This document shows, one piece after another, positions 37,349-50,694 of a stretch of DNA of 64,000 nt (the first letter of the stretch is position 1; the number at the start of each line of letters is the position of its first letter). The translations under genes and the position numbers were made by a program. This DNA comes from the human T2T-CHM13v2.0 reference genome, Homo sapiens, in NCBI GenBank assembly GCA_009914755.4, contig CP068257.2, positions 39,520,001-39,584,000 on the forward strand, written 5' to 3'. A model generated the notes under the pieces. The model had not been told where the DNA came from. It made no database searches and saw only the letters and a program-made list of their open reading frames with translations.

Positions 37349-40300
37349 TGCTGTCTCATTGCTAAAGAGGCTCGTGGCCGGCTTCCAAAGGCGCAGTACC
37401 CTTTAAAAAGGATTTATGCATGAGCTCAGCTAAAAGCAACCCGGTTAAGAAGTGGCTCGCTTGCTGCTCTGAGGAAGGAGCAGCGTCTCCCCTGCGCCCG
37501 CTTTCCTTTCTCGGAGTTGGTTTGTCAGCTGTGTCCTCGCTCATCCGGCGGCCCTGCCCCTCTGCACGGAGCGATGCATCTACACGCGGGTGTGCAGAGT
37601 GTGAAAAGCATTCCAGCTACCGGGAAAAAAACAGGGGCTGAGTGAGGTGTCCGGGGACCAAGTGGTATCCCGATTACAACACAAAAATAAAATCAAACAG
37701 CTTTCCTTTTCTCTTACTCTGATGTTCATTTACTAACACTTTTTGTAGCAAGAAACAAATGTTCCCAAGCACAGTGATCTGAAAAAAAAAAAAAAAAAAT
37801 CCCAATTGATCTGCCCCCTCCTACTTTCAAACTGTCTAATCCAAGTGGGATTTGAAGTCCTTTGCTCAATTGAATGCACTATTTGAAGATAGTTTATTTT
37901 TATTTTTAACATTGTCATTTGGGTTTTGATTCAGCTATGATTCCCCCATAAATAGAACATACTCATGACTTTTGTATAATTCTCATTAAATTATTCAAGA
38001 CTTTAAGAGGAAAGACATGCCATGCTAATTCTTTTAAAAAAGGAAACTGCCGAATAACTTCTGTAGTTGTTTAATTAGTTTAGGGGGAAAAAAAAACCTT
38101 CAAAAGCGTATATTCAAACTTTGATTCTAGTTGCCTTTCGTCTAAGTCATGGGAAGCCACGTGAGTGATCTTTGCCATCTCCAGGAGTGGATGGTTAGAG
38201 GGAGGGAATAGGAATCCCCATCAGCTGAGGGAGCTTAACTTGGCTGTAAGATGTGGTCTTGGTGCAGCCAACACGTGGGAACATGTGCCTGGTGCTGAGA
38301 ACCTTGGAAATATGACAAGATATTGAGGAAGAACCTCTTCTGTGACCTGCAGAGAATCTTTTGGAACAGGCCTTGAATGAATCCCCATTGGACATGTGTG
38401 CTTTGATGCGAGGGAATTCTCTCTACTAAAAGTAAATGTGGGTGGTCTGAGGGCTATGATAAAAGAAGCCCTGAAACCCTCCCTCCAGAGCAAAGGGGAA
38501 AGGGAGAAGCCTGAAGAAGGACTAAAAAATACTTAACTTTGGCAATCAAAAAAAAAAAGCTTTTATAAATAATAACTTGCCTGTTAATTAATTCAATGAC
38601 CTTTATTTTAAAATGATGAGGTTTAATTAATTTAATTAACAGAAATGTATTGAGTACCTAGGCTCCTGTCTTTACCGTAGCCAAGGCAGTAGTTGGTTCA
38701 AGATTACTTCTCAACCATTAGCATGTTTCCAGGGAGCGCTGCTTCTACAGAGACAGATTTAATTTTTACATGTGATGGGGAATGAAATATCCTGTACCTC
38801 CCTCCTGGCTTGATTTAGCGATAAGCTGCTTTATAACCAAATCTTTCCAAATGCCTACTGTAAAGTCAGGCTTTCCTGACTACTGCATTAGGATTCACTA
38901 CCTGCCTGTGTTGCCCTGAAATGTCTCTGACCACCAGCAGGGTGTCAGCAGCCGGCTAGAGGGGGCAGCAGTGAGGTGACTTCTGAACCTGGAGTGAGCT
39001 TTCCTGCTCTATTAATGGCCAGGAGTCATGCATTTATTCTCTGCTGATTCTCTGAAGCCTAAAATAAAAATTGCTTAGGTGGAGAGAAAAATGGAATTGT
39101 AAATTCAAGCAATAAATAACCAAGAATTTTTCAAGAATTAAGTAATAGTCATAGACAATGTCTGAAAGCTCAGTACGTGACAAGCACTGCGCTCTGTGCT
39201 TTAGGTGTGCTTTCCCAGGAATCCCCACCCACCACCCACCACCCCTCGGGGGTCTTATACGCATTTGGGGGTGGGAAAACTGAAGCTCGGAGAGACTGAA
39301 TGACTTTCCAGGGCAACAGGGCAAGAAAGAGGGAGGGCCAAAAATGGAAGCCAGGGAGCTGAACTTCAGAAGCCAAGTTCTGAACCACCAGACAGATAAC
39401 GACTTCCTTCCCTTCATGCCTCCTGATCTCTTTGGTTTTGGCCTCAAACTACCCTTTCTAGCCAGAGAACCCTGAACGTACACCCCAAGGTGTTAGGGAC
39501 TTATTGTATGACTGCAACTGGACCCTCCGGAACTCCGTGCTGTTCCCCCATCTCCTCTTTCCTTCAGCACTGCTGAATGAGCAACAGAATGAAGGGCTGG
39601 ATCCAGGTGTGCACGGGAGAGGCCTTGAGAGGAGAGGTTCAACAGGAACCAGAGCCCTCCAGCTCCCCTTCTTTTATGGGAAAGTCAACTGTTGGAAGTG
39701 TGCTTGTTCCCCGAAGGCTTTAATCAGGAACTAGAGGTCCATTGTTTAAAGCCCAGTGACTCTGTGAGGAGTCACAGGCATGTGCCCGGAAGCCCGCCTG
39801 AGAGCTGCAAGGCGTGTGTGCTGGCAGGCAGGGCCACGTTGGCATGGAGATGACTGCCAGGTTTGCGGCTGATCCCATTATGTGGGTTCTTTCGAACTGT
39901 AGAACTTTTGAACAGTTCTTTCAACCAGCACCTGCTTGAACCGTGCAATTTGGTCTTATTAATAATAACACTCTTCTAAAGTAATTATAATTACAGCAAT
40001 TTCTATTATGAAAAAAGAGACTTTCATGTTAACACAATAACTCCAGCTGAAGACAGGAGAAGGTGTGCAGCCATATACCTTGTAGTAGCTTCAAAAAAAG
40101 CCTTTGGGATTCTTTTTCTGAAAGATTTTCTGTCATCTCCACTAACATAGGTAAAGCAGACAGCAAAACTATTCTCATACCTGAACACTTGAATGTAAAG
40201 GGCCACCTAATTATTTTGGCGAATCCTATTTTAATCATGGTGCATTCACTTGATTATCAGCCTCTTAGTACACAATTATTTGGAAGACTTGTATTGAAAA

Positions 40301-41791
40301 TATGGATCCAGCATATGCAATAAGAGTTTGTGTTCTTCAGAAGAAGCCATCCAGGCTCCCCAAATGAAGCTGACTGTAGGTGAGGCTGAAAACAAGAAGG
40401 CAATCCCAGCAAGAAGAAATCTGATGGAGCCACTTGAAATGGTAAACTATTAAAGACAATGAGAAAAAACAATTACTGAGGTTGAAAGAACAAGAAAGTC
40501 AAAGCCAGTTTGCCACCAGCTCCTTCGAGTGAGAAGTGGCAGCTTCTGGGCTTTAGAGAAAGAATTCATCAAAGACTGTATTACAGAGGACTGGGAAAGG
40601 TGAGCCAAGAAATCAGCTTGAAACAACAAGGAGGGACAGGAGTCTGAGAAATAGTTTATAAGATCAAGAGCTGACCTTGATTTCTTGCTGATGGAGTGTT
40701 GGACACTCAAAGGGCACGTGAAGCCCTGTGCGTGGCTCACCTCATTGTATCCTTGCAACGTCCTGGAAAATGTGCACAACAATGTGACTTAATTTTCAGA
40801 CAGGGTAACCGAGGCTTGGAGAGGCAGAGTAGTTTGTCCAGGGCCACACTAGTGAAGGCAAAGCAGGGTGGAGCTGTCAATCTGGGTCAGCCCAGCTCAG
40901 TCTTTGCACGTCACTGCCGTTCCTCCTTAGGTGCAGTGTTTTAGTTACAGTAACTTTTTAAGAAGAACCATCTTCATGCTTCTGGAGATGATGTGGTTTG
41001 ACAGGAAGCATCCTGATGTGATTACAGGTCCTGAGCACTGTAGTGTCACACCTGTGACCAGGAGCAAGTGTGTAACCTCCCTCATCTTCCCTTTCCTCAG
41101 CTGTGGAGAATCAAATTTCTGCATTAATGTCCTGGTCTCAAAACAATAGAAACTTGTTCTCATAATTCTGCAGGCCAGAGTTCAAAAAGCAAGGCGACAG
41201 CAGAAACACTGTCCCTCCGGAGGCTCTGGGGGAGGATCCTTCCTTCCCTCTTCTTAGTGTCTGATGGCTGCTGGCATTTCTTGACCCTTGGCCGCATGAC
41301 TCCAATCTCTCCCCTCCATGTAAGTTTCTGTGGCCAAATTCCTCTCTTCTTATAAGGAGACCAGTCATTAGATTAGGGCCTGCCCTCCTCTAACCTGACC
41401 TCATCTTTACTTCATCACATCTGCATAGACCCACTTTCTGAATAAGGTTAAGTTCACAGGTACCGGAGTTACGTCTTCAGCATATCTTTTGGGGAACATG
41501 ATTTAATCCACAACAAGTTCATTCTAAGTTTTTCATTCTATGGATTTTTTTTCTTTGATTCTACCTCACCTTTTAATTGTTAATAATTTCAATTTGGGAT
41601 TCAAGTGTAATTGTTATCACAGGCAATACACAAATGACGATTTTAGTGCTGTATTGATATGAAGCCTGCGGCAAGAGAGTGCCCTGGGGCTTAGGGTGGG
41701 AGAAGGAAGAGAGGAGTGTTTCTGCTTCCCTTCTGTACTTCTGTATTGTTTTTCCTGCTGGAGAGTAACTGCTTGAAAATTTAAAATGTCA

Positions 41792-42178
<387 letters not shown>

Positions 42179-42433
42179 TCAATGATATTTAAATACCTAT
42201 GAGTAATAAACACTTATGTTGGGATGGATGTAGAAAGCTTCAGTATTTCATGTTTTAAAGACATTATAAGGCAACCCCCTTATCAATCAGGATATATTTA
42301 ATATGAAACAGGTGCTTCCCCCCATACTTCCCGCCATACTCATCCCTGATCTCCTTGTGTGATCTCCTTGTTGTAGGTAAGTTGGCTTCACCTCCCCTTG
42401 CCTGCCCATTTTTCCTTTTTCCTCCTGGAATGA

Positions 42434-42770
<337 letters not shown>

Positions 42771-43879
42771 AAGTGGCTATTCTTTTGTGGTGGTGGTACG
42801 TAGCTGCATTGCTCCCAGGGGTGGAGAGGGAGGAATTTAAAGGTGGTGTTTCTCTCCTTCTCCCTGGTATCTGACAGCATGCCTTGGGATTTATGTAACA
42901 TCTCATTCATAGACTAGAGCAGGTCAAGCATTGGCCCCTGAATTCAGGGTCTACCTGTGCTGGAGAAGAGGTGGGGGGTTAGTGGGCACTGACTCTTGCC
43001 CCAACCCCACACTGGGTACAGCAGGAACGGGGTGGTGGTCCTCCTTGCTGGTGAGTGAGGTCCCTCTCCAGGTGACCTGAGGCTCCTATGACTGACTGTG
43101 AGCCTCTGCCTGTCCTTGAGTCCCTTGCTGTGTGTCATGGATCCCTCCTCTGGGTCACCCTGTTTGCCCAGCCTTGGTGAGACACTGGGGTTCATTGTAT
43201 GTTAAGGTAACAGATACTACCCGGACAATAGGGCATACCTGTGAGGCAGGTGGGCAGCCTGGCACCCCTTCTGTAATTTCCCTGGGTATAAACATGTTTC
43301 TGGTGGAACCTGAGGAAGAGAGTGTCACCTCTTCTGGGTGACTTTCCTGGCCTGGCTCCCCTTCATCCTCTCTTGGCCTAGATGTACTAATTTGATATTT
43401 GACTATTGCTACTCAATACAAAAAAAAGTGGTCACTTTTTTGCTCTTAGAATTCTCAAAAGAAGAGAGAATACTCTGGGAGTGCTGACATTAACCACATA
43501 AAGGAAATGAAATGAGTGTGTTTGTTTTGTGCTAATGCTTGCTGTCCAGCCCAGGCCCCGGGTGGGATGTTTTCAGATTTTTATTATATGGCAATCATAT
43601 ACCTGCACCTAGAAATATACAACCTCGGCGCTGCCATTGCAGGAAGACAAAGAGACTGTCTAGAGAGTAACGTGGCGATGCCCTGGGCAGCTCCATCATT
43701 CCAGGGTACCATAAAGGGAAGTGGGAATGCACACTCCATCTGTTTCACGCTAGGCTGAAAGTGGCAGGGGGAGAATTTACACCTGGCCTGCAAAAGGCAG
43801 CCTTGTGTTCCCACTTCAGAGCCCCAACTTCTCCAAAGCCAGTGCTTGGGAAATGGCCTTGTTGGCAGCAGGCAGGAGA

Positions 43880-43953
43880 CTGGTGCAGTGTGCCAGCTGT
43901 GCAAACCCCCACCAGACTGGTGCAGTGTGCCAGCTGTGCAAACCCCCACCAGC
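43880..43953. repeat. Tandem duplication, 2 x 37 bp
   Basis: actggtgcagtgtgccagctgtgcaaacccccaccag is repeated twice back-to-back. Confidence 0.85.
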
Positions 43954-46784
43954 AGCACCCCCACCAGCAGCCAAAGAAAACAATTTCTAAAGCAGCCCCC
44001 AGGATTTCATGCCACGGGGGTGGTGAGGGGTAGGAGGAGGTGGAAAGCATTGAATCAGAAAGTCTTCCAGGTACCAGCAATGCCAGGGTTAATATGGTCT
44101 GGCTTGCTTTTCAGGTGAGCACCTGTAGCTGGCAGGAAAGTGGCTTCTTGGTGGAGGTGGGCATGAATTCCAGAAGCCTTGGAGAGACATCCAGAGCCCT
44201 TCCCACTACATCGTGCTGCCTCCTGGGGAAATTCCTAAGCTTTTTTTGAATCAGAAAAGCCACTGACAAGCAGACAGAATTGTGTGGCTTGCGCAGTGAT
44301 TGGAGAGCTAGGTGCTTTGGGTACTAGTCCCAGAGCTGCTACTTGTCGAATGTTGGGTATTGGAGAGAAGTCATTTGAGCTGTCTGAGCCTCTGTTTCCT
44401 CATCTGTAAATCAGGGAATTTGAACAAGTGACCTCAGATTCCTTCTAGAAGCTCTAACAGTCAATGATATCATCTATTTCATTTGAGAGAATCTCCATAG
44501 CTCTAATTTTTTGCCCCCAGACCAATCTGCTTCAGCTTTGTGTGGGTGCAACACCTGGGGTCCTGTTAAAATGCAGAATCGGATTCAGTGACCGAGAGCA
44601 GAGCTGAGGGTGGCTGCTGCCAGCTCACAGGTCACACTTGGAGTCGTTGCTTCTTTCCCCAAACCAGCTGCCGATGGTTCCTGGAAAGAGCAGGAATACC
44701 TTGCAGAAGGGCCTAGAAATAGAGATTCCCATATGCAGTCCAGACTTATTGGGTGAGCCTGTCTGCACTAGGACCTGAGAATCTGCATTTTATTATATCC
44801 CTTGAGTCCCCTTTAAGCAGCCACGCTGGCCCCAGCCATTGGACTCTATTTGGAGGCCACTGCAGAGGCCAGATGCCCCTCTGCTCGGCGGTTTCCTGTG
44901 CAGAAAGGCTGTGTTCTTTCTTCTTCCTAAATACTCTTCCTAGGTTAAGTGTTTCCTTCTCTTTGCCCATCTAGAAAATCTCCACCTCAAGCAGGTCGTG
45001 TTCCAAAAACTCCTCGTGTTGGGCAAGTGGAAAACACGCAGTTTTTTCTAGGGGTCTCATTCTGAGGCGGTGCTGCTGAAAATCTTGGTGCTGAACGTGT
45101 GTTTTTGAGATTTCCAGTCTATCACGGGGCCACAAGGTGTAAATATCAAGAAAAATGAATTACTAGAAAGGCAAAGTGAAAAAGACATACAAAATACAAG
45201 TGTCATTCTTTTTATTCTTAGTTTGGACAGATACTCCATTCTTCTACACTGGTCCCACGGTTTCTGAAGCTTCCTGTAATGATCAGTGGTTACCTTGTTG
45301 CCCAAGTAACTGCAAATCCCTCCTCTACAAAGTGTGCTTGCTCCAAGGCAGTGCAAACTAGAAGTTGTTACAAATGGTTCCAGTAACAAATTTGTTTGGC
45401 GGCCTTTTCCCATGAATGAGACAGTGGTTATTTTTGCTAAAGCAGAAAGGAAATGTGATACTATTGGGCTGTGTTTTGCCCTCTGGAGTAATCCTGCTTG
45501 GGGAAAATGGAGGCTTGTTCCAGAATGCAGAAATCCCTGTTAAATTAGGCAGTCTTGGGCTGGAGGACGTGTGCCTGCCTCCCCAGTGCCTCACAACTCA
45601 CATCTCTAAAGGCCACTCAGGTGGGACACCATCAAGACATTGAAAATCGACAGAAGGAAGGCAGGAAGGGGAGAGGATCGAACCTGTCAAAATAGATATT
45701 CAGAAAATCTGTGCTCTAAAATAAGGCAGCCCTTCCCTCACAGCACACTTATTCCTAATTTCAACAGGACTCCTAGTCTTGCCCCACAGCGTCACAGCCT
45801 ACAGCAAATTAGAAACTGGGGTGGGGGGCGGATATTATTCCACCAGTAATACCCTTGGGACGGGGCACACAAGATGTTTGCCCTCCTACCTCTCTGTCAC
45901 CTTCCCAAGAAAGGGTCAAGATGAAACAGTGTGCGTTTATGGTATTGCGAGAGTTAAGTGAGCTGCGGTGTATTAGAACCTTAGCCTCGCGCAGCGTCAG
46001 CCGTGTGGTAAGTGTTCCATAAATCTTCGTTTAGAAAAAGTGGCAAATTCCAGGCTGCTAGTAAACAAAGGAGGGAAGACAGACAAAACGGAACAGCAAC
46101 AACAGAAAACCCAAGAACTAGATGCCCAACAATCTGGGTCTGTATCTTGAAGGAATGTGCATCCTGTCCTCTGACTGCAAACCCAGGCCTTCTGTGGCCC
46201 CACGATGCTGCCTCCTAGCCCTCCTAAGGTGGGAATGGAGCTTTACCCCTTGGTGGCAAACAGACCTGGCTCCATGGATCTCAACCTGGGGTGATTGTGT
46301 CCCCACCCCAGGGGACATCTGGCATCCTCTGGGGACATTTTGAGTTCTCACAACTTAGAGGGTGCTACTGGCGTCCTGTGGGTGGAGACTGGAAGTGCTG
46401 CTCGGCATTCTTTGCCGTACAGGGCAGCCCCCACAACAAAGAACGATCTGGTCCAAAATGGCAACCATGCCAAGATTGAGAAATCCTGGTTACTCGACAC
46501 AGCAGGTCGGCTGGCCTAGGAGTTGCTGCCCAGAGAGGCAAAGGGAGAATGTCCAGTGGAAACAGCTGCCCTGAGCATACAGGGCACGCTGACACCTGCT
46601 GATTCCCCCATCCTTAAGGTCCTGTATTGTTCCTAACACCACGTGGATCTTCTTGCCAGATGCATTAAAGTGTGAGAAGAGTTAAAAATCACTTATAACT
46701 GGAGTGACTGGGGGTTAAAGAGGAGAAAAAATTTGAACCTGACTCAAAGGATGAGCATGTTTTTCTTTCTTTCTTCGGCACATT

Positions 46785-47072
46785 GGCTGGGTGTGGCGGC
46801 TCCATGGCTATAATCCCAGCACTTTGGAAGGCCGAGGTGGGAGGATTGCTTGAGGTTAGGAGTTCAAGATCAGCCTAGGCAACATAGCAAGTCCCTATCT
46901 ATATAATTTTTTTTTTAAATTAGCCAAGCTTGGTGGTGCATGCCTGTAGTCCCAGCTACTCAGGAGGCTGAGGCAGGAGGATCACTTGAGCTCAGGAGTT
47001 CAAGGCTGCAATGAATTACGATTGTGCCACTGCACTCCAGCATGTGCAACAGAGCAAGACCTTGCCTCAAAA
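46785..47072 (+). mobile_element. Alu SINE (sense)
   Basis: ggctgggtgtggcggctccatggctataatcccagcactttggaaggccgaggtgggaggattgcttgaggttaggagttcaagatcagcctaggcaacatagcaagtccctatc ... attgtgccactgcactccagcatgtgcaacagagcaagaccttgcctcaaaaca. Confidence 0.9.
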
Positions 47073-47397
47073 CATATTAAGCACCTACTGCATGTCAGGG
47101 CCTTGGTCTAAGCCCTGGTATGCAACAGTCAACTAGACAGAGAGAGTCTTGGCTTTTACAGAACCTCCCCTTATAAGGAAGACAGATTGTCAAGGAAGTA
47201 AACAGACTTTTAGAGGAGTGCTGTGAGACAGTGCCATGTGGGAAGGGGTATTGGTGAAAGAATCCTGCTTTATAAGGGCGGTTATGGAAGACCTCTCTGA
47301 GGAGGTGCAATTTGAGATGAGATTGGCTTGAGGAGGACTGAGCCTTCAGAAGTTAGGGAAAGCGTGTCCCAGGCTGCAGCCAGGGAGGTGAAGACTT

Positions 47398-47925
47398 GAG
47401 GGTGTCAGGGTGAGGAGTGAGGGTGTCAGGGTGACTGAGGGTGCCAGGGTGAGGAGTGAGGGTGTCAGGGTGAGGAGTGAGGGTGTCCAGGGTGAGGAGT
47501 GAGGGTGTCAGGGTGAGGAGTGAGGGTGTCCAGGTTGAGTGAGGGTGTCCAGGATGAGGAGTGAGGGTGTCCAGGGTGAGGAGTGAGGGAGTCCAGGGTG
47601 AGGAGTGAGGGAGTCCAGGGTGAGGATTGAGGGTGTCAGGGTGAGTGAGAGTGTCCAGGGTGAGGAGTGAGGGTATCCAGGGTGAGTGAGGGTGTCCAGG
47701 GTGAGGAGTGAGGGTATCCAGGGTGAGTGAGGGTGTCCAGGGTGAGTGAGGGTGTCAGGGTGAGTGAACGTGTCCAGGGTGAGTGAGGGTGTCCAGGGTG
47801 CAGAGTGAGGTGTCCAGGGTGAGGAGTGACGGTGTCTGGGGTGAGTGAGGGTGTCCAGGGTGAGGAGTGAGGGTGTCAGGGTGAGTGAGGGTGTCCAGGG
47901 TGAGTGCACATGTGTGGTGAGGAGG
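47398..47925. repeat. Minisatellite: about 23 copies of a 22-23 bp unit (gggtgtccagggtgaggagtga), about 530 bp
   Basis: Head-to-tail array ...gggtgtcagggtgaggagtgagggtgtcagggtgactgagggtgccagggtgaggagtgagggtgtcagg... with the variants gtgagtgagggtgtccaggg and gtgaggagtgagggtatccaggg. It produces the 150-aa pseudo-ORF on the minus strand. Confidence 0.9.
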
Positions 47926-48215
47926 TGTTTGCAGTGCTTCAGGCGCAGCAACTCTTTCATCTAGTTTAAAATTGTGCTCTGAGGTTAGATTTTAGTAGAA
48001 CAAAGGCCTTACAAAGAATGTGAAAACATTGTGCTTCCCTGCTTACAGGCAATTAAAAAGGAGAATCAAGCTGAGGGTGCCTGGTGTGGGGTGGGGTGGA
48101 GAAGACCACAGAGACTATTGTGTGTTTTATTCAACAGTGTCCTGGGCTGCTTTCTCCAGAAATGTCCCTGACACATGGATGTAAGTGTGGCTAGTTTACT
48201 GGGAGATGATCCCAG

Positions 48216-48661
48216 TGATGCAGGACAGGCGAGCCCTAAGATTGAAGCATAGCCCGGGAGGGTTCTTAGCTTTGCCCAGGAAGGAACTCAAGGGCAAGCC
48301 AGTGGTGTTAGCAACTTTTATTGAAGCGGCCGGCTGTGCACAGCAGCAGCAGAGGCGCTGCTCCTTGCAAAGCAGGGCTGCCCTACAGGCTGTGCGCCCA
48401 CAGTAGCAGCTCAGAGGCAGTTCTGCAGTGGTATTTGTATCCACTTTTAATTATATGCAAATGAAGGGGCAGTTTATGCAGACATTTCCAGGGTGAGGGT
48501 GGTAACTTCTGGGTGCTGCCAGAGCCATGGTGAACTGACTTGACACAGGTCGGTGTGTCCTATGGAAACTAGCATCTGCCCTGGACCTATTTTAGCTAGT
48601 GCTCAGTTTGGTCTGAGTGCCTGAGCCCCACTTCCAGAGTTGAGTCCCACCTCCTACCTCA
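48216..48661 (-). mobile_element. 3' LTR of the class I ERV
   Basis: Aligns along its length with 54934-55415. On the minus strand it begins tgaggtaggagg and ends ...cctgtcctgcatca. Confidence 0.8.
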
Positions 48662-48672
48662 TTCCCCCTTCA
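48662..48672 (-). other. Polypurine tract (PPT) immediately 5' of the 3' LTR
   Basis: The minus strand reads tgaagggggaa|TGAGGTAGG: a purine run abutting the LTR start. Confidence 0.65.
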
Positions 48673-50472
48673 GAGATTAGATACTCCTCCTTAATCTTAA
48701 GGGGGCTGCAGAAGGGCGGAGATCTGTTTTCCGTAACTACTTCCTGCTGAGTTTATGGACGTAGGCCCTGCCTGGCACTGGAGGAGTAAAAATCTCTGGA
48801 TACCTGATCTAAGGAGCCCAGAGGCAGGACGATTTCATTCTCCGTGTCAGTGGACAGGATGGGCTGGAAGCCTTGTGCCAGCATTGTCTCTGGAACTGTG
48901 GTAATCTAGAATACACAAACTTTACTAAGAGGTTAAAGAAGCAAGGACCAAACATTTGTAACAAGACAGTTGTCAAAGGTCCTAGAAGAGGTGAAAAACA
49001 GGTGAGACTTGGGAAGGCACTTTTGATGGTTGACCAGATATAGTTGGGGGCAGTGCCCTGGTTATATCTATGTAACTAGGTAGCTTGCTCATAGATCTTT
49101 TGAATGTTAACCTCAACCTGTCCAGAGTTAATATATGTGCAGCAGGTTTTATTAATAACTGCACAAGACCCCACCTTGTTCAGCTAGTAAATAATCCAAT
49201 GCTAGTCTGTTATCAACAACTACATTTTCCAGAGTCTGGGGAACTCTTGAATTCTCTTTAATGCCTGATCTCCGTTGGTGGCTAAGGATTCTAGGATTTG
49301 AGCCAAGTTCTTTAGCGTTAACTCATGGTAGGCAAAGCCACCCCAGGGTGCTGCTAGTCCTATTGCCACCCTGATTCCTGCCAGAATTAGTTTTATTGCT
49401 TACTTATTTCTGATATTCTTGGGTCCTAGGCGTTATAGATTGTGACCCCTGGAGGGGTAAGAGTGGCCAACGTTCATTCATGTCAGTTCCAAGTTTTTTA
49501 GATACAAGGGAAAGCTATTCCTTAAAGAAGAGGTGACTCCTTAGGGAGTTGGAGTGGTTACAGGGTGTGACTTCTTCCCATTCATAGTCACAAACAAAAA
49601 TGAACCCAACTAGGGCACCAAGAGAAGCCCTGCGGGGTGCGATGTTTATACTTCATTGCCAGGTTGGGTCTATAGAGATATTTTCCACCTGTTCTCATGG
49701 TGGTGGTTGAACAATCTTTGTTTTCTAGAAGAAGGTAGTACTGTCACCTTCCCAGATCAGGCAGTTGTTTTTCCTTTGTATGTTCCCATCCGGGAGAAGG
49801 TACCATATATGGTCTTTTCACTCACAAATGGAATCTCATTTACCTCCCCGTGGTCTTGGAAACTTGGCAACTAGAGTTGGACCAGAGCATCGCAGGGAAG
49901 CTTCCACTTTTGTGTCATTAATGCAAGAGTGGATGCAAATGTTAGAGTTATGAGTGCACTGGAGATATAGATGCCCAACTTCCCAGATTCCGATAATAGT
50001 GGTCAGGGCAGGGGGACAGCAGGGTCCAGGGGGGATCCACTAAGTGGGGAAGAGTTCCACTTCACAATAGGGGTTTGGGTATTTTGGGGTGCTATGGTTA
50101 GTTAGGAGGTCTGGGGACATGGTCCTGAGATTTTCCAGATAGGTCGGAAGATGAAACTGTCTATCCTGGGGGTGTTGATGACAAATCTGGCAGCCATAAA
50201 GATGATTCTATGATGCTATAATTTTTGAAATATTTACTGTAGAATTTTGTCCACCCTCCCTGTCCACATACACACTAGCTTAGGTTAATTAGAAGAGCAA
50301 ACAGAATTAACAGTGGCATCATGGTATCTGGTTGGGTCTTAGAGTAGCTTCTATACCCAACAAGCCCACAGGAGATGTTTCCCAGGAGGAGGTGGCTGGT
50401 TAAAGCCATAGAAAGGAAGTACTACAGTCAGGAAGAAGAGCAAGATCAATGCTCCTATTCCCATCTACAGCA

Positions 50473-50694
50473 TTACATTACCTCTTCTGGCTGAGTGTTG
50501 ATTATTTTAAATAGGTAGCAGAGGTCTTCCAAAGCTTTACTGATATTGGTTGTGGTTGTAGTGCCCTTCCTTTGTGCCTGTGACTCATAAGAAACAGGTT
50601 TAGTCCTGGATCTGTGTGCCCAAGTAGGTGTTCCCTGAAGTTTAACAGCAGTGGGGGTACTTAACAATACCTGATAAGGCCCCTTCCATTTCAT
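50473..50694 (-). pseudogene. Integrase C-terminal domain remnant (pol 3' end)
   Basis: The translation WKGPYQVLLSTPTAVKLQGTPTWAHRSRTKP matches the conserved gammaretroviral IN C-terminus motif WKGPY.VLLTTPTA.KV.G...W.H.S..K. Confidence 0.75.

Larger units (their letters stand above)
35450..37350. promoter_or_regulatory. BACE2: CpG island and TATA-less GC-rich promoter region of BACE2 (covers 5' flank, exon 1 and the start of intron 1)
   Basis: There is an abrupt shift to very high G+C with dense CpG (gcgcgccggccgagtcgctgagccgcggctgccggacgggacggg) and multiple GC-boxes (ggggcgg / ccgcccc, e.g. ggctggggcggctctgcgcctccgcgcccgcc). No TATA box is present. The island surrounds the BACE2 start codon. 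The exact TSS cannot be read from the sequence. Confidence 0.85.
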
